The position numbers were made by a program, and so were the translations under genes. From assembly GCA_043228905.1 (NCBI GenBank), contig JBHGNT010000009.1, positions 17,422,001 to 17,486,000 of the forward strand: a DNA stretch of 64,000 bases, in the 5' to 3' direction. Each line of letters begins with the position of its first letter. Positions within the stretch are counted from its first letter, which is position 1. This DNA is from Azolla caroliniana. Lineage: Eukaryota > Plantae > Polypodiophyta. Below the pieces are notes generated by a model. It ran no database searches. It worked only from the letters and a program-made list of their open reading frames with translations, and had not been told where the DNA came from. Shown in pieces: positions 38,801 through 50,499 of the stretch.

Positions 38801-41800
38801 AAGGGCCAAGCGGGCCACTACGGGCATTCCTCAAGCGGAGGACATCGGGCATATGGCGGGGAGCGGGGCGTTCATACGGCCGAACAAGGGCCAGCGGAAG
38901 TATGCGTACTACGGAGATCGCGGCAGATGACCCATCGACGGGTCGAACGAGCCTACGGGGAGGTAAGCGCGAAGGAAGAACCGAAACCGACGGATCAAAC
39001 CGGCAGCGAGCCGGGATGCGGATTACGGAAGACCGGTTTCTCACCGGCCGAAATCTCTCACCCTTCACCAGATTTGGCACGTACCGATGGACGTGCGGTT
39101 TGGTGGGGGCAGATGTCGTGAAGAATTTCGGCCAGAGGCAGAAACCGGGAAACATTGGCTATATCGGCGGGGTGTAGCATGTGTGCTCACCCTTGTACAT
39201 TTAGTGGGAATAACGAGGGCGCCTTTCTGACGCCGAAGAGTAGTCAAGTCGGGACAAACGATCCCATGTAAGTCGGGATTTATCCCACATTGTAACACAT
39301 CCCTCTCCTTGTTCTATTAAAGGAAGGGAGCGCCCTTTGTGAAAGGGTTGCCCGTTTTGTGTTAGAGGGTATACCGTTAGGTTTAGAGTTAGTTTTTTCT
39401 CTTCTTCTTGGCGGGGAAGTCGACTGTTGAGGGTTGTTGCTGCTCGGTCTCCTGTGCAAGACCCCGCTCCGCGTGACGAGCCCGAGAGCTCCCCGAACGG
39501 CAGCTTGGCTGCAGACTGCTGTTGTAACCTACCCTAGCTTGGTCCGGCTCGAAGCCGGGGTTGTATTCTTTCCCTTGTAATACTTATATTTGCGTCTATC
39601 TGTGTATATTCGTGTCTCTGTTGGTGTCGGGTGCTCCCCCTTTCCTACGTTTCCTGTACATAAGGGCGTGAGTCGGGTCGGCCTGTGTGTGCGTGTGTGT
39701 GCGTGAGTCGGTGTCAAGCGCGCGCTCTCTCTCTTTCTCTCTCTCCCTTCGATTGCTTCCGGTGTGCTTCTGGGATGCCCCGGAAACGTTGAAGTACGAC
39801 TTCCTACGCTCCGTCACTCCCTAGTCCAAGACCCCCGTGGTCCCGCCTTTCTCCACGCACGCGCGTAACAATGCGACATCCATGTTCAGTCGGAGCAAGT
39901 CTCGAGATAATCAAACTTGCAACTATTGCAAGAAACCCGTACATATCAAAGCCGATTGTCGCGCCCTCAAAGCCAAAAAAGACAGGGCTCAGAGAGCTAA
40001 TCAAAAGAGTGGCTGGCATGAGGAGGTAAACTATGTCGGCTCATCGATCGAAATATTGACAAACGACCCAAACATTCTATTCATAGAGAGCTCAATCGAA
40101 TCAGATGTTTTGTTTACGACTGAGAAATCGAGCACCTGGCTCTTGGATTCGGGTGCATCCTACCACATGACCCCTCATCGTTCCCAATATTCGGCAATAT
40201 TCGGCTCGGAATTCCAACTCAGTTCGAGTAAGAAACTTGCATCGTTGTGCCATAATTGGAATCGGCATTGATATTGACGAACGACCTGAACATTCTATTC
40301 ATAGAGAGCTCAATCAAATCAGAAGTTTTGCTTACGACTGAAGAATCGAGCACCTGGCTCTTGGATTCGGGTGCATCCTACCACTTGACCCCTCATCACT
40401 CCCAATATTCGACAATATTTGGCTCAAAATTCCAACTCAGTTCGAGTCGGAAACTTGCAATGTTGTGCCATAATTGGAATCAACATTATAGAGCTCAACC
40501 TTCCAATAGGCTCTACATTGGTACTATATAATGTCTTACATGTACCTGAGTTCTCACGACCATTGATCTTAGTCGGACAACTTCACGAAGATGACATCCA
40601 TGTTGGCTTCTCATCAGGAGGGTGGAAACTCCACAAGGGGAACCTCCTGCTTGCTCTAAGTCCAATACATTCATTGTACCCCTTATATGTCACACTCATA
40701 GAGGGTGACTTGTTTCTGGTCAATATTCCCGTGTCATCATTGTGGCACGTCAGACTCGGACACCTTAGCAAGGCCAACATCACACATTTATCTAGAGCCG
40801 GATACATCCCCAAACTTTCCTTCTCCGATCACCAAATTCTGCGAGCATTGGCAATACAGCAAGCAAGCTACAACCTTGCACCCAACAACAACACCAAGAG
40901 AATTGAGTCCACTCGATTTAGTCCATTTGGACGTTTGTGGCCCGATGCCACATTAGTCCCTTGGTGGCGCCTCCTACTTCATCAGCTTCATCGACGATTC
41001 GACTCGCAAGGTGTGGGCATGCCCCTTGGATTTTCGGATGCGAGGCATACGCCCTCATACTGAAATATGACTAGACGGGGAAATCAGATACCGACTCTAG
41101 GACCCCGAGCATAGACAAATTGGTCGAAGTTCATAAGACAGTCGAAAGGCCTATTGAAGTTCAAAAGGTAACTTTTTCAGAAGTGTCAGCCCTTCATGAT
41201 GGCCCAACCCATAACACGAGGTCAACTTCAAGGGTAGCCAAATCCTCTAGCATCGAATCAACTCCAATTGATATGGTACAATTGAACGTTTTGGCTCCGA
41301 ACCATATGACCCAAATACTTGATCAGGCTAGCCCAGTTGTACCAAGAAGATCTGAAAGACTGTCTCAGCCTTCGGAGAGGTACTCTCCTAGAATCTTCTT
41401 CATGGACGCTGGTGAACCAATGTCATACGAAGAAGCATCAATATTAGCAGATTCGGTCACACAACATCTGGTGATGGAGTTGGAAATGACCTCCATTCAA
41501 CAAAATGAGACTTGGGACTTGGTTGAACTACTAAAAATTTGACAAGCTCTTCCATGCAAGTGGGTCTACAAATTGAAAGAGACGTCTGATTCAGCCAACC
41601 CAAAATTTAAGGCTAGATTAGTAGCGAAAGGGTTCCGACAAGAATATGGAGTTGATTTCAATGAAATCTTTTCACTAGTGGTGAAAATGACCACCCTTTG
41701 CTTCATGCTTGGCGTTGTGCCAACCGAAGACTTGGAGTTGATGCAGCTAGATGTAAAAACGACAGTCCTCCATGGTGACCTAAAGGAGGAGATTTATATG

Positions 41801-43558
41801 GAGTGGCCGAAAGGCTTCATGGTATCTAGCCAAGAACATCTAGTATGCCGACTCCAGAAGAGTGTATACGGCTTGAAGTAGGTACCTTGGCAGTGGTACA
41901 ATAAGTCTGACAACTTCATCAAATCTGTTAGCTTCTCAAAGAGCAATGAGGACAACTGCCTCTTCACCAAAACAGCTCGAGATGGGTCTCCCATCTTCCT
42001 CATCATCTACATGGATGACATTCTACTCTTCAGTCGACATGCTAGAGAAGTTACTCTATGGTTGAAGTTTGCCATGAAGGATCTTGGTCCGGAAAGACAC
42101 ATTCTGGGGATGAAGATAAGTCGGCTTCGGAATCGACGATGACTGTTTTTGTCTCAAGCCAACTATATTGGATGTGTCTTAGAATGCTTCAACATGTAAT
42201 CAGCCAAATATGCTTCCACGTGACTCCACTCCCAATTAGTCTTCGACTATCTCAGAAGGACTACCCGACATTCTGTTTGGAGGGGAAATTTATGAAGTCG
42301 GTGCCATATGCACCGGCTATCGGCCCCACTCCCAATGGTTGCAACATGGACGGACTTAGCCCATGTCATAGGAGTCATCAACAGATTCATGCACAATCCC
42401 ACCCGAACGCATTGGAACGTAGTCAAGCATGTGTTCAGATATCTGGTGGGCACAACACAAAAGACTATGACATCCTATTTGGCCCGAATGAAACTTCAGG
42501 CGTAGTCGGCTATACCAACTCGGACCGAAAGTCAACAACCGGATATAGCTTCAAATTCGGCAAAGGAGCAATATCATGGAAGTCAAAACAATAGGAGTGC
42601 ACAACCACTTCAACGATCGAGGGCGAATATGTAGTCGTGTCTGACACGGCGAGAGAGGCCTTATGGCTTGGTTGACTGGCGCACACGTTTTGACAAGTCA
42701 ACTCCAAATTAGCTCCAGTTATGGTGCAGTTGCTTTGTCAAGAAATCTGGTTCAACACAATGCCTCAAAACATATAGATGTGAGGTATCACTTCGTTCGG
42801 GACTACATCTTTTCAGGGAAAATCGACCTCGAAAAGATATCTACAACTGATAATGTTGAAGATGGGATGACCAAGTGTCTTCCGCCAGATTGTTTCTAGT
42901 CTCTTCGGCACCAAATGGGCATAAAAAGAAATCAATCCGATTGAGTTAGACATTCAGGATGGTTTTGGACGTTCGACATCGACATTTTGAGATTTGACAA
43001 TCAACATAACCGACCCGACTTCAGAATCTCCCACTGGGAATCACTTTCGGACCCGATTCGACCTCAATCCCTTTCTACTTCGGCCGATCCGGCTTCTCAT
43101 TTCTTTGGATATGGCCGACTCGAACAAAAATTGACTTGTTCGACAAGCTTGTATAAATTTGTATTTTTTTTTGTTCATTCCTCTTTTATAGATTTTTTTG
43201 TTGTATACGCCCACTATCGGGGAGTATCGAATACAGGTTCATACTGGACGTATTCACACTATCCCATTGGACAGACTAGGTCGAGGCTATATTTGTAAAT
43301 ATTGGAAAGGGTAGTTGCCCTAGGTCAGTTAGTATTTAAATTGACCTTTATAATATAGTTATGTGTTGTTGTTGTTGCCTCCATTGTAACTTCGAGTTCG
43401 AATAATATCATATTGTGTGCCTCTCAGTCTCCTTCTCTAGAAGACTTTGTCTTGATCTTGATATTAGGAAGTTAATTTGTTAATCTCTATTATCAACTTG
43501 GTGATCTTTATCACATGATGTTGTTCTCGCTTCCGCACTGATGGCCTTATATCCAACA
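32804..43558 (+). mobile_element. Ty1/Copia 'Copia-3', degenerate, interrupted in gag
   Basis: LTRs at 32804-33140 and 43225-43558; TSD AAGCG/AAGAG; decayed Met-PBS TAGTATCATAGCC. Gag 34034-, CNYCKKPVH knuckle, WLLDSGASYH, truncated INT, RT KARLVAKG / IYMDD, RNase H SKHIDVRYHF. A 218-bp duplication spans 40053-40488. Confidence 0.88.
34539..39878 (+). mobile_element. Non-autonomous (LARD-like) tRNA-Trp-primed Gypsy derivative
   Basis: 765-bp LTRs at 34539-35303 and 39114-39878; PBS TGGTGAACCCGACGTGA at 35308-35324; PPT-like GGTGGGGGCAGA. Decayed gag at about 35400-35900 is related to 29591-30219. No RT/RH/INT motifs seen; GC-rich internal repeats. Confidence 0.9.
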
Positions 43559-44207
43559 AAGAGGAATTCCGATTCAGACTGTCAGGACCGAGGCAAGATA
43601 GCGGTAGAAAGAGCGAGAGAAAGAGTGAGGATGTCCGATGAAAGGGAATAAACGAGATAGTAGTAGATAGAGTGAATGAGAGAGGATGACGATAGAGGAA
43701 ATAGATGAGATAGTAGTAGATAAATCAAGAGAGAGAGAGAGAGAGAGAGCCGAGAGATGGATGTAGCTTAGTTGGTAAGGTTGCCTAATGAAGACCAAGT
43801 CATGGGTTCAACCCCCACTGGCATCTCATGAATTAAGAGATATATGTATGACATACATAATAGAGAGGTGAGAGAATTCGGGTTTGAACCCAAGACAAAG
43901 TGCTTGTAGTGTACCTAACTTACCACTAAGGTAAGCTAATTACAATGAAAAGAGAAAGGAGAGAAACAATAAAAGATGATGAATTGGATGGTATTTGCCA
44001 CTTCGAGTGGACCGGGTCTAAATTTGTAAATACCATAAACAATGTACATACATACATACATATATTTGAATGATATAATAATACTCACAGCTTCATATCA
44101 CACTTCTCAATAATCTCCAATTTCCTTCTTTTTTATTATATCACCCCAAAAAACAATTCATCGAATTTCTCTTTACTTCCGTCCGTCTGTCTGTCTGTCT
44201 GTCTCCC

Positions 44208-44238
44208 AGGGTTAGGGTTAGGGTTAGGGTTAGGGTTT
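44208..44238 (+). promoter_or_regulatory. (TTAGGG)4 run ending in a telo-box (TAGGGTTT) upstream of the PP6 gene
   Basis: AGGG(TTAGGG)4TTT about 370 bp upstream of the ATG. A regulatory role is inferred from known plant telo-boxes. Confidence 0.55.
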
Positions 44239-44610
44239 GGGCGATCAGCGCAGTGACACGACACAGCCTTTTTGCTTTCATCCATTTCCGCTCGAGTTTC
44301 CTCGTCTCGATCTGCCCTATCCGGATGAAATCGGCCTTTCAGGAAGCTTAAAGTCGATCTGCTCGAACCCATCCTCCGCGCAGAATATACGTTTTTTCAT
44401 CTGCCAGAAATGTGCAGCAGGTAATTGTTCTTTCTCTCTATTTTTTTATTTAGATTTTCCTATATGTTTGTTTCGTTTCCGCTTATTGCTTTTGTTTCCA
44501 GGACGAAGGCTTTTGTGAATGGTGGCTAGCAGAGAATAAAACGTTGCGTCGATTTTCTATTTAGTAGATATATTTTTAAAAACAGATCTAGCTCTCTGTG
44601 CGTGAGAGAA

Positions 44611-47600
44611 ATGGATCTCGATAACTGGATAGAGAGAGTAAAAGATGGCCAGCATTTGTTAGAAGATGAGCTGAAACGACTTTGTGAATATGTGAGTTAC
44701 TCTTTATTCTAATCGCCCTATGATTATGCATGTCCATCTTCCTATCATTCTGAAGCAAAACCAGAGTTTTTTGGTTCCATCCGAAAATGTGAATATATTA
44801 GTTATCCCGTAACAAATCTTCTTCCATCTATCTGAATATGTGAGCGCTCAATCTTGTCTACATTTCCAATCAGAACATACTTTTCATTTATCTGAACACA
44901 TGAGTTGATCTCTAGAAAAATAGATTTTGTATGAATTTGAAGCAGAATGGATTCTTGCTTGGTCTGAATGTGTGATAATAGTTAAAAGGAAAATAGTTTT
45001 TTATGTCTTCGGGTTCATTTATTTAAGTCAATACTTCTTTCCTGGTGATTTAGGTCAAAGAAATACTGGTTGAAGAATCTAATGTACAACCGGTGAACAG
45101 TCCGGTCACTGTTTGTGGTGATATCCACGGCCAATTCCATGACTTGATGAAGCTTTTTCAGACGGGTGGTCACGTTCCCCAGACAAATTACATTTTTATG
45201 GTAAAATTTTGACTTCCTGAATCATTATGATTTATTGGATGCTTGTTTTGCATGATAATTCACTCACTATACTGATATGGTGTACTAGGGTGACTTTGTT
45301 GATCGTGGCTATAATAGCTTAGAAGTATTCACAATATTGCTACTACTGAAGGCAAGGTAAGGGGTTGTTTTTGAATGCTTAACAATTTATTTCTTGATAA
45401 TATGACACGATCTCCTTTGGATTGAATTTATGCCTTCAACCCTTTGATTTAGCTCACTATTCTAAATGTGAATCTTGATTGCCTCATGTTATTGAAATTG
45501 TGAATATTTACTCAAATGATAACAATTTAAAAATCAGGTCAATGAAATCCCTTTCAATAAGAAAGGAGGGAGGAATTCTATACCGATGTGATTGATATGT
45601 TATAGCATGAAAATTTTGTAACCAAGAGTGACATCTCTAAGAAAACACAAAAAAGACTTTAGAATGGCATGTAATGATAGGTTAATTTGTATCTTTTTCA
45701 GAGGGTTCCATTGATGGATTTGTGGTCATTATCGATCAAACCCGTCTATAATATGTACAAGCTTTGAGATTTTACTGGCCAGCTTACATGATGTCAGTGA
45801 GGTTCTTTTTCTAATTTGGAATCAAAGATCCCGAGAAATGTTGTTTTGTCATCTGTCAAAGGCATTACAGAGCATAAAGAATACTTTGTAGCTGAAATAA
45901 ATGAAGTCAGTGACTCAATGTGGAATACTGTGACCTTCAAGAATAATCTTCAGAAACATATAGAGCACACAGTATTATCTGTAGCTGAAGTTGTAACACC
46001 AGTAATGAAAAGATGAATGTTGCAACCTTCAAAACAAGCATTATAATGACATCCATTTGCCTTTCCCCCTCTCTCAAGTGTCCACAACCCCTGTTAAAAT
46101 TTTATTGCATACAAATGTATACAGAGGAAAAAGTTATGGCAACATGACAAACACCCAAGACACAGTGGATACAAACAGATGTATACCTGAGCACCAGAAC
46201 ACAAAACAATTATTCAATTTAGTCAAAGGTCAAAGACTTCATGGATCCATCTAACTAGCTGAATTGATTAGGTTTTGATATGCTCCTGCATTTCAACAAC
46301 AGTTTTTAAAGAGCGAGCTTCTCCATGTTTGCCATGTTAGAATGAGGCAACACCACTTTTTGTACTTGTTGATTTGCAATATGTCTTATAGCTACAAAGA
46401 GTCTAGAACTATAAAAATGGAACAAATGCTATGTTCATCCGTCTCCCAGATCTTTGGGAGGAAACTGAAGGAATACTAATTTTATGTAAACAATATTCAT
46501 GAGCCTCCATTCATTTCTTTACAATTCTGTCTGACAATCTTGTATATATGGAAAATCCCCTTTGTTGATGCTTGCAATATCCTATTAAGGTCTGTGATTT
46601 TTTGTGCCACCTACCACTATAGAGCTTTGCTTCTTTATCACCGGATGCACACTAGTCGTGTAACGACGAAGTAAGATTGAGATAAGAGGTGACATGTTGA
46701 ACTATTGTGACAATATGTCGACTGGAGAAGAAACATGGAGTAAAAAGAGATTATCTCAAAGGACTCAGACATTTCCAAACATATAATTCATATTCTAGTA
46801 TATTATTGGCAAGGCACAAACTTTGTTAATAATTCCTTGGAATTAACAGGTATCCTGCAAACATGACGCTTTTAAGGGGTAATCATGAAAGCAGACAAAT
46901 AACTCAGGTGACAGTCATTTAAGATAATCTTGTATCTGCAGTCAATGAACACAACGTCCTAAACACAGTTTTACTATAGGTCTATGGTTTCTATGATGAA
47001 TGTCAAAGGAAATATGGAAATCCAAATGCTTGGCGATACTGCACAGAAGTATTTGACTACTTGACACTTTCAGCTATCATAGATGGAAGAGTATGTATTT
47101 TTATTCACTTATATTAAAACATGCAAGATCATGCTTTGCTCCAATATCTACAGCATATATTCTGACCATTTTGATAAATAAAATAGGTTTTGTGTGTCCA
47201 TGGGGGTCTTTCACCTGATATTCGTACTATTGACCAGGTATTTCATGCTATACTTGTCTTATATATATCCATTCTATTGTTTTTGTGATCATAGGATACC
47301 AAAAATGCGTCCATTGTTTGACATGAAACCATCATGAAGAGTCATTATGAATGTGAAATTGCCATAAATACTCTCTGAGGCTATGGTCTGGTATTTACTA
47401 CCAGATTAGGGTAATTGAAAGACATTGTGAAATACCCCATGAAGGTCCATTTTGTGACCTTATGTGGAGTGACCCTGAGGATATAGAAACATGGGCTGTT
47501 AGTCCTCGAGGTGCAGGATGGCTTTTTGGAGCAAGGGTTACTTCGGAGGTATATCTTCCTATTAAATGATCCTTAAAATGTGTTTGGTCCCAAGATTGAT

Positions 47601-48214
47601 GAATTTGTTTTGCAGTTCAATCACATCAATGGTTTGGAGCTTGTTTGTCGTGCTCATCAGCTTGTCCAAGAGGGTTTGAAATATATGTTTCCAGATAAAG
47701 GGCTTGTTACGGTATTTATGATTGGGCATGCTATCATCTTAATATAGCTGCTAGAAGTATGTTACTATATTGATTTGAATACTCTTTTATTGTTTGTAGG
47801 TTTGGTCAGCTCCAAACTACTGTTATCGATGTGGAAATGTTGCATCAATCTTGAGTTTCAATGAGAAAATGGTGGGTAGCTGCGCTCTTATATGTTATTT
47901 ACTACTACCCTGTTTGCATCGATATGTTTTGTATTAGCATTGATAGATATCCGAATATATATTGCATATTTGTGGTTTGTCTTCTAGTTTCATGCAATGC
48001 ACTTCAATGACAAAATGTTGGGTAGCTGTGCTTTTATATGTTATTTACAATGCTGTATGGTTCGATGTGTTGTGTTAGCAATCAATAATTTCTGAATTTA
48101 TACTGTATGCTTGTGGTCAATCTATTTCAGGAAAGAGACATCAAATTTTTTACGGAGACAGAAGAAAACAGTGCAATGATGGCACCACGTGCTGGAGTAC
48201 CATATTTCTTATGA
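44611..48214 (+). CDS. FYPP: Serine/threonine protein phosphatase 6 catalytic subunit (phytochrome-associated phosphatase, FYPP/PP6), 303 aa, 10 coding exons
   Basis: GT-AG exons 44611-44691, 45054-45200, 45289-45356, 46850-46907, 46980-47090, 47187-47237, 47405-47548, 47616-47711, 47800-47871 and 48131-48214 sum to 912 nt. Motifs GDIHG, GDFVDRG, RGNHE, SAPNY and C-terminal VPYFL. A 5' intron lies at 44421-44585. Confidence 0.96.
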
Positions 48215-49025
48215 TTCGCCAGATTTATAAACAGTGACGATATGTCGTCAAGGAGCTTGCTTCATGTAAGGGTTATGCTTCATGAAGGTCACCAGTTGTA
48301 TTACTATACTTGCAGTTTGCATCTAGTGGGATTTGCTGCAGGTAGATACCAGGATTCTTACAAGTTAAATTTGACCATCTTTAAATTGATAATGGATTCA
48401 CTGATCCGCCATTTAAACTGTCCCAATTTAAATACTGAGTTCTTGTTTTTTGCTCAAACTACTAATATAGTTATTATTTCTTATGAGAATTATGAAATAA
48501 GAATGATAATGTGTGCCATATTTTGATGCAGTTTATGATTATATCAACCTTTATATAATTGTAGTTTACCTCAATGTTGTAGATAATTACTTTTACATAG
48601 CTTTTTATAGATAACACTTCCATATAGTTTCTTTGCGAAGTCTATTCAGCAGGTATTGGACACTACAGCTGATACAAATGTGAATATGGATTGCATGCAC
48701 CTTCCAGCAGCATGGGTCTGTTAAATGTTTCTTTATTATGGCTTGTTTTACTCTGAAGCAGAGTGCCTGAAGATGTTTATGATATGAAGGATGACATTTT
48801 GCTAGTGCGAACAATTGTTGTATCTTTTGGTGTGTTTGAGTGGCAAATATTGCTGCAAATAATTTGCCAAATTGTTATATGAAAGAATGTATGCCCTTTA
48901 ATTTGTCATACCTTGTGTATTTATAAATGAATATAATCTTATGCTTGTATGTGAACATTGAATGTGAGTGTTCTATGAAAGAATGCATGCAATTTAATTT
49001 GTCATTGTGTATTTATAATTGATGA

Positions 49026-49395
49026 TATGGGTTCTTTAATAAACCCTTTGATCTCCACTCGAATATTGTTGCAAAGCCACCAATGCCGACTATATTTGTT
49101 GTACCCATTGTGTGAACTCATCATGTTATTGTTGTCTTTCCAGTCACCTTTTGGAGATCCTGAAGCAATCGTTGATTCTCCATCTCAAGTGCTACAAACT
49201 TGGTTTGAATGATTTCCGATTCTGAGACAACAAACATATAATCTTGTTGGTTAACAACAGCCATAGCTATATAGGGCATAGGTAAAGAGGAAGTTTGGTT
49301 TAGACTGTCAAGAACTGAGGCAAGATAGCGGTAGAAAGAGCTAAATAAAGAGTGATGATGAAAGGGAATAAGCGAGATAATAGTGGATAGAGCAT
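49026..49395 (-). mobile_element. Chromovirus gag/LTR fragment downstream of PP6
   Basis: Homologous to 32530-32800 + 43570-43670 (ALEMENQRLL.DLQKVT). Confidence 0.7.
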
Positions 49396-50499
49396 TTGTG
49401 TCTACGCCTTTGTTCACATTTTTGTTTGCATTGTCTCTTTTGTTTGCATCATCACCTATGTTTGAGTCATCTCTTTTGTTACGTCGACTCCTTCGTTCGT
49501 GTCAATTTCTAGGTTTGTGTTAACTCCATTCGCGTAAACTCCATTGTTCGTGTCGTTGCCTATGTTTGCCTCTTCAAGAGAATCACGCAAGGAGAAGAAT
49601 GAAGCGGTCAAAAGAATCTTCGCAATTGGTGCACACCCTCCCTAGTTCAGGTTCCTTGTGGTTCCGCTTGAGTACCACAAGTACGTGCGGTGTTACGGTA
49701 CAATGCTTAAGGAAAATTAGTAAGGCATTAATGAGCTTCCAAATGAGGTTAACCCTTTCAAGAAAGGCGAGTTAGAGTTCATGAGGTTAGCGAAACAAGA
49801 GTAGTTGATGACCACTCTCACTTGACTCGCTATCAATAGGGCATACGACGTTTTAGACCCTTTAGGGAATGATATCTTCATAGAGGCATAACTCTACCGT
49901 TATAAAGACATCCACTGGTGAGAACACCTTGAGCCGACACATCTTTTTGGCACTCTTTGCTAAATTTGCCCATCAAAACAAGTTGTAAAAATCTATGCCC
50001 ATCAATCCATGTAACTTTTGAGAAAGTTGTATTCATTTCCTTATACCTTGTAAATATAATATATTACAAAGGAAGACAACATTTTTAGGGTTTAAGCCAT
50101 CTCAAAAAGAAAAACATGGAGTTTTCAAAATGACAAAACATGAAGTTGCAACTTATAGTAAGGAAACATAAGTTTGCGCATCCATTTTGGAGTGCACTTT
50201 TGCATCATTATTCTTGCTATTTTGCGTACTTAGTTAACATCTTAACAACTTATCATATATCAATGATCATACATTTGACATCTAAAATACTATTAGTAAG
50301 GTAACAATTGGGTTTTAGATCCTTCTCTTTTTGATAGTATGCTATTTTGGTAGTTATGGGTATTTCCAAAAAAAGTCACTGTTGGACCTGAATTGGGATT
50401 CAGGAGATCATCTTTCGAAACATCCACATTTTGTCTCAAAACAAATTTTCCAATTATTTTCAATATTTTGTTAAGTTGGGACAGAAGTTGCTCTCAAGT

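Larger units (their letters stand above)
32380..43830 (-). mobile_element. Chromovirus gag start plus LTR remnant (32380-32803 and 43559-43830), split by Copia-3
   Basis: KFDGMRSQFRGFLTQVRFVIQMHP...VGLVGTL resembles the gag at 25100-25300. The LTR begins TGTCAGGACC at about 43579. An uninterrupted related copy lies at about 49026-49395. Confidence 0.7.

Noticed and set aside
35548-39177. Long GC-rich ORFs on both strands (e.g. 427 aa at 35548-36831)
   Set aside because: Low-complexity R/S/P-rich translations expected from GC-rich repeat DNA; no domain motifs beyond the gag remnant.
44208-44238. True telomere or chromosome-fusion scar
   Set aside because: Only four units, a single orientation, and located in a gene promoter region.
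45816-46016. Nested gene in PP6 intron 3
   Set aside because: Short ORF with a non-ATG start and no recognisable motif.
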